From an uncultured Gemmatimonadales bacterium (lineage in GTDB: Bacteria > Gemmatimonadota > Gemmatimonadetes > Gemmatimonadales > Gemmatimonadaceae): a stretch of DNA of 64,000 nucleotides. Numbering within the stretch: the stretch's first letter is position 1; each line of letters starts with the position of its first letter. A program made the position numbers and the translations under genes. Below, piece by piece: positions 62,229 to 64,000 of this stretch. Under the pieces are notes generated by a model that saw only the letters and a list, made by a program, of their open reading frames with translations, had not been told where the DNA came from and made no database searches. The DNA lies in contig CAWKNZ010000002.1 of the NCBI GenBank assembly GCA_963851265.1, forward strand, positions 1,440,001 to 1,504,000, written 5' to 3'.

Positions 62229-63980
62229 TCACATCCGGTCCGGCGCCGAGATGCCGAGCAAGGTGAGCGCGTTGCGCAGCACGACCTGCGTCGCCCGCGC
62301 CAGCGCGAGCCGCGCGGCCGTGAGCGCGGGCTCCTCGCCTAACACGTGGTGCTTGTGGTACCACGCGTGCGCGAGGTTCGCGGTCTCGAGCAGGTACGCG
62401 GCGACCCGGTGCGGCTCGAGCGACTCCGCCGCCTGCCCGATCACGCGCGGGAAGTCGACGAGCTTGGTGATCAACTCCTGCTCCGCGGGCTCAGCGAGCA
62501 GACCGTACTCCACGGGCGTCGCCAGGATGCCGTCCACGTCGAGCCCCTCGAGGCCGGCGTTGCGGAAGATGCCCGACATCCGCGCGTGCGCCATCTGCAC
62601 GCGGTAGACCGGGTTCTCGTCGCTCTCGCTCCGCGCGAGGTCGACGTCGAACACGAGGTGCGAGTCCCCCTTCCGCATGAGGTAGAAGTAGCGCACCGCG
62701 TCGCGCCCGACCCAGTCGATCAGGTCGCGCACCGTGACGTAGCTGCCCGCGCGCTTGGAGATCTTCACCTCCTCCCCGCCGCGCATCACGGTGACCATCT
62801 GGTGCAGCACGTACTCGGGGTAGCCGGGCGGGATCCCGGCGCCTAACGCCTGCAGTCCCGCGCGCACGCGCGCCGTCGTCCCGTGGTGGTCGCTCCCCTG
62901 CACGTTCACCGCGCGCGCGTAGCCGCGCTCCCACTTGGTCACGTGGTACGCGACGTCCGGGACGAAGTACGTGTACTCGCCCCCCTTCCCGGCGCTACGC
63001 CGCATCACCCGGTCCTTGTCGTCGCCGAACGCCGTGGTCCGCAGGAACAGCGCGCCGTCCTGCTCGTACGTCGCCCCCGCCTCGACGAGCGCGTGCACCG
63101 TGCGGTCCACGCGCCCGTCGGCGTAGAGCGAACTCTCGAGGTAGTAGGTGTCGAACGCGACGCCGAACGCGCGCAGGTCGAGGTCCTGCTCGGCGCGGAG
63201 CGCGGCCACCGCGAACCGGCGCATCTGCTCGAACACGTGCCCCTGCTCGGGCCTCCGCCCCTCCGCGATCCGAATCGCGCCCTCGTACAGCACCTCGCGG
63301 TCCGGCATCCCGTGCTCGGCGACGAACGCGTCCGCGATCTCGGCGACGTACTCCCCGTGGTAGCCGCCTTCCGGCACCTCGGCGGTCGCGCCCGCGCGTT
63401 GCGCGACGCGCGCCCACACGGTCTTGGCCAGGTTCTCGATCTGCGCGCCGGCGTCGTTGTAGTAGAACTCACGGCTGACGTCCCACCCCGACCACGCGAG
63501 CAGCGCGCTGACCGCGTCGCCGAGCGCGGCCTGGCGCCCGTGCCCGACGTGCAGTGGCCCGGTCGGGTTCGCGGACACGAACTCCACGACGACCCGCTCG
63601 CCGGCCCACGCGGCGTCTCGGCCGTAGTTCGCGCCTTGCGCGAGGATGGGCGCGATGCCGCGCGCGACCAGCGCCGGGTCGAGGCGAAAGTTGAGGAACC
63701 CGGCGCCCGCAATCTCGACCGCGCGTACGCCGGCCGCCGCGAGGTCGAGCTGCCCGACGATCGCGTCGGCGATCTCGCGTGGCTTCCGACGCAGCGAGCG
63801 CGCGAGCGTCATCGCGAGATTCGTCGTCCAGTCACCGAACGCGGGATCACGCGGGCGTTCGAGGACGACGTCGACCGAGTCGTCCGCGCCGATCGCGCGC
63901 GCGGCGGCGACGAGCGCCGACCGGATCGCGTCGGGGCCGGCGAGCGGCGAGGCCGCGCCGTCGGCGTCGCGCACGGTCAC
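62229..63980 (-). CDS. argS: Arginine--tRNA ligase
   Basis: EFVSANPTGPLHVGHGR, YYNDAG.Q, FGDDKDRV, KISKRAG, NPVY..Q.AHAR, LGISAPDRM. Confidence 0.97.
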   Translation of the reverse strand: MTVRDADGAASPLAGPDAIRSALVAAARAIGADDSVDVVLERPRDPAFGDWTTNLAMTLARSLRRKPREIADAIVGQLDLAAAGVRAVEIAGAGFLNFRLDPALVARGIAPILAQGANYGRDAAWAGERVVVEFVSANPTGPLHVGHGRQAALGDAVSALLAWSGWDVSREFYYNDAGAQIENLAKTVWARVAQRAGATAEVPEGGYHGEYVAEIADAFVAEHGMPDREVLYEGAIRIAEGRRPEQGHVFEQMRRFAVAALRAEQDLDLRAFGVAFDTYYLESSLYADGRVDRTVHALVEAGATYEQDGALFLRTTAFGDDKDRVMRRSAGKGGEYTYFVPDVAYHVTKWERGYARAVNVQGSDHHGTTARVRAGLQALGAGIPPGYPEYVLHQMVTVMRGGEEVKISKRAGSYVTVRDLIDWVGRDAVRYFYLMRKGDSHLVFDVDLARSESDENPVYRVQMAHARMSGIFRNAGLEGLDVDGILATPVEYGLLAEPAEQELITKLVDFPRVIGQAAESLEPHRVAAYLLETANLAHAWYHKHHVLGEEPALTAARLALARATQVVLRNALTLLGISAPDRM

Positions 63981-64000
63981 GACGCGCTGCCCGTACCGCC

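Noticed and set aside
63977..64000. Possible 3' end of an upstream minus-strand gene (GGTGSAS-stop overlapping the argS GTG)
   Set aside because: Only 24 nt are visible, so no product can be assigned.

Overview
Very GC-rich (visually about 70-75%) bacterial chromosome segment, almost entirely housekeeping genes and mostly on the minus strand. Gene content and hypothetical-protein style suggest Gemmatimonadota (inference, not verified). It contains a truncated UvrD/PcrA helicase, serS, a roadblock/receiver/ManC/GlmU-like/MBL cluster, a beta-carbonic anhydrase, groES-groEL with a CIRCE element, birA, uppP, bshA, miaA, mutL, a MoxR-DUF58-Bat (VWA/TPR) locus, a pseudouridine synthase, scpAB, a site-2 protease, rpsT, pyrR-pyrB-pyrC, two tRNA-Ser genes and tadA. 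A small plus-strand accessory patch (methyltransferase, Pr6Pr-like protein, coiled-coil membrane protein, PEP-CTERM protein) is followed by clpB, recO, DUF151, sahR-like/ahcY/metK, a complete mannose-family PTS cluster with hprK, nusB-ribH-ribBA-ribE-ribD, purM, a PfkB kinase and argS. I found no CRISPR array, transposase, integrase or rRNA. The most unusual signal is sub-genic: the motif GTTAGG(C)/(G)CCTAAC recurs at least 21 times by manual count, usually placing a rare TTA codon in Leu-Gly pairs but also at stop codons, in antisense orientation and intergenically. Six genes, including three DNA-repair genes, show an apparent leaderless promoter architecture. A perfect palindrome covers the ribosome-binding site of the sahR-like gene.
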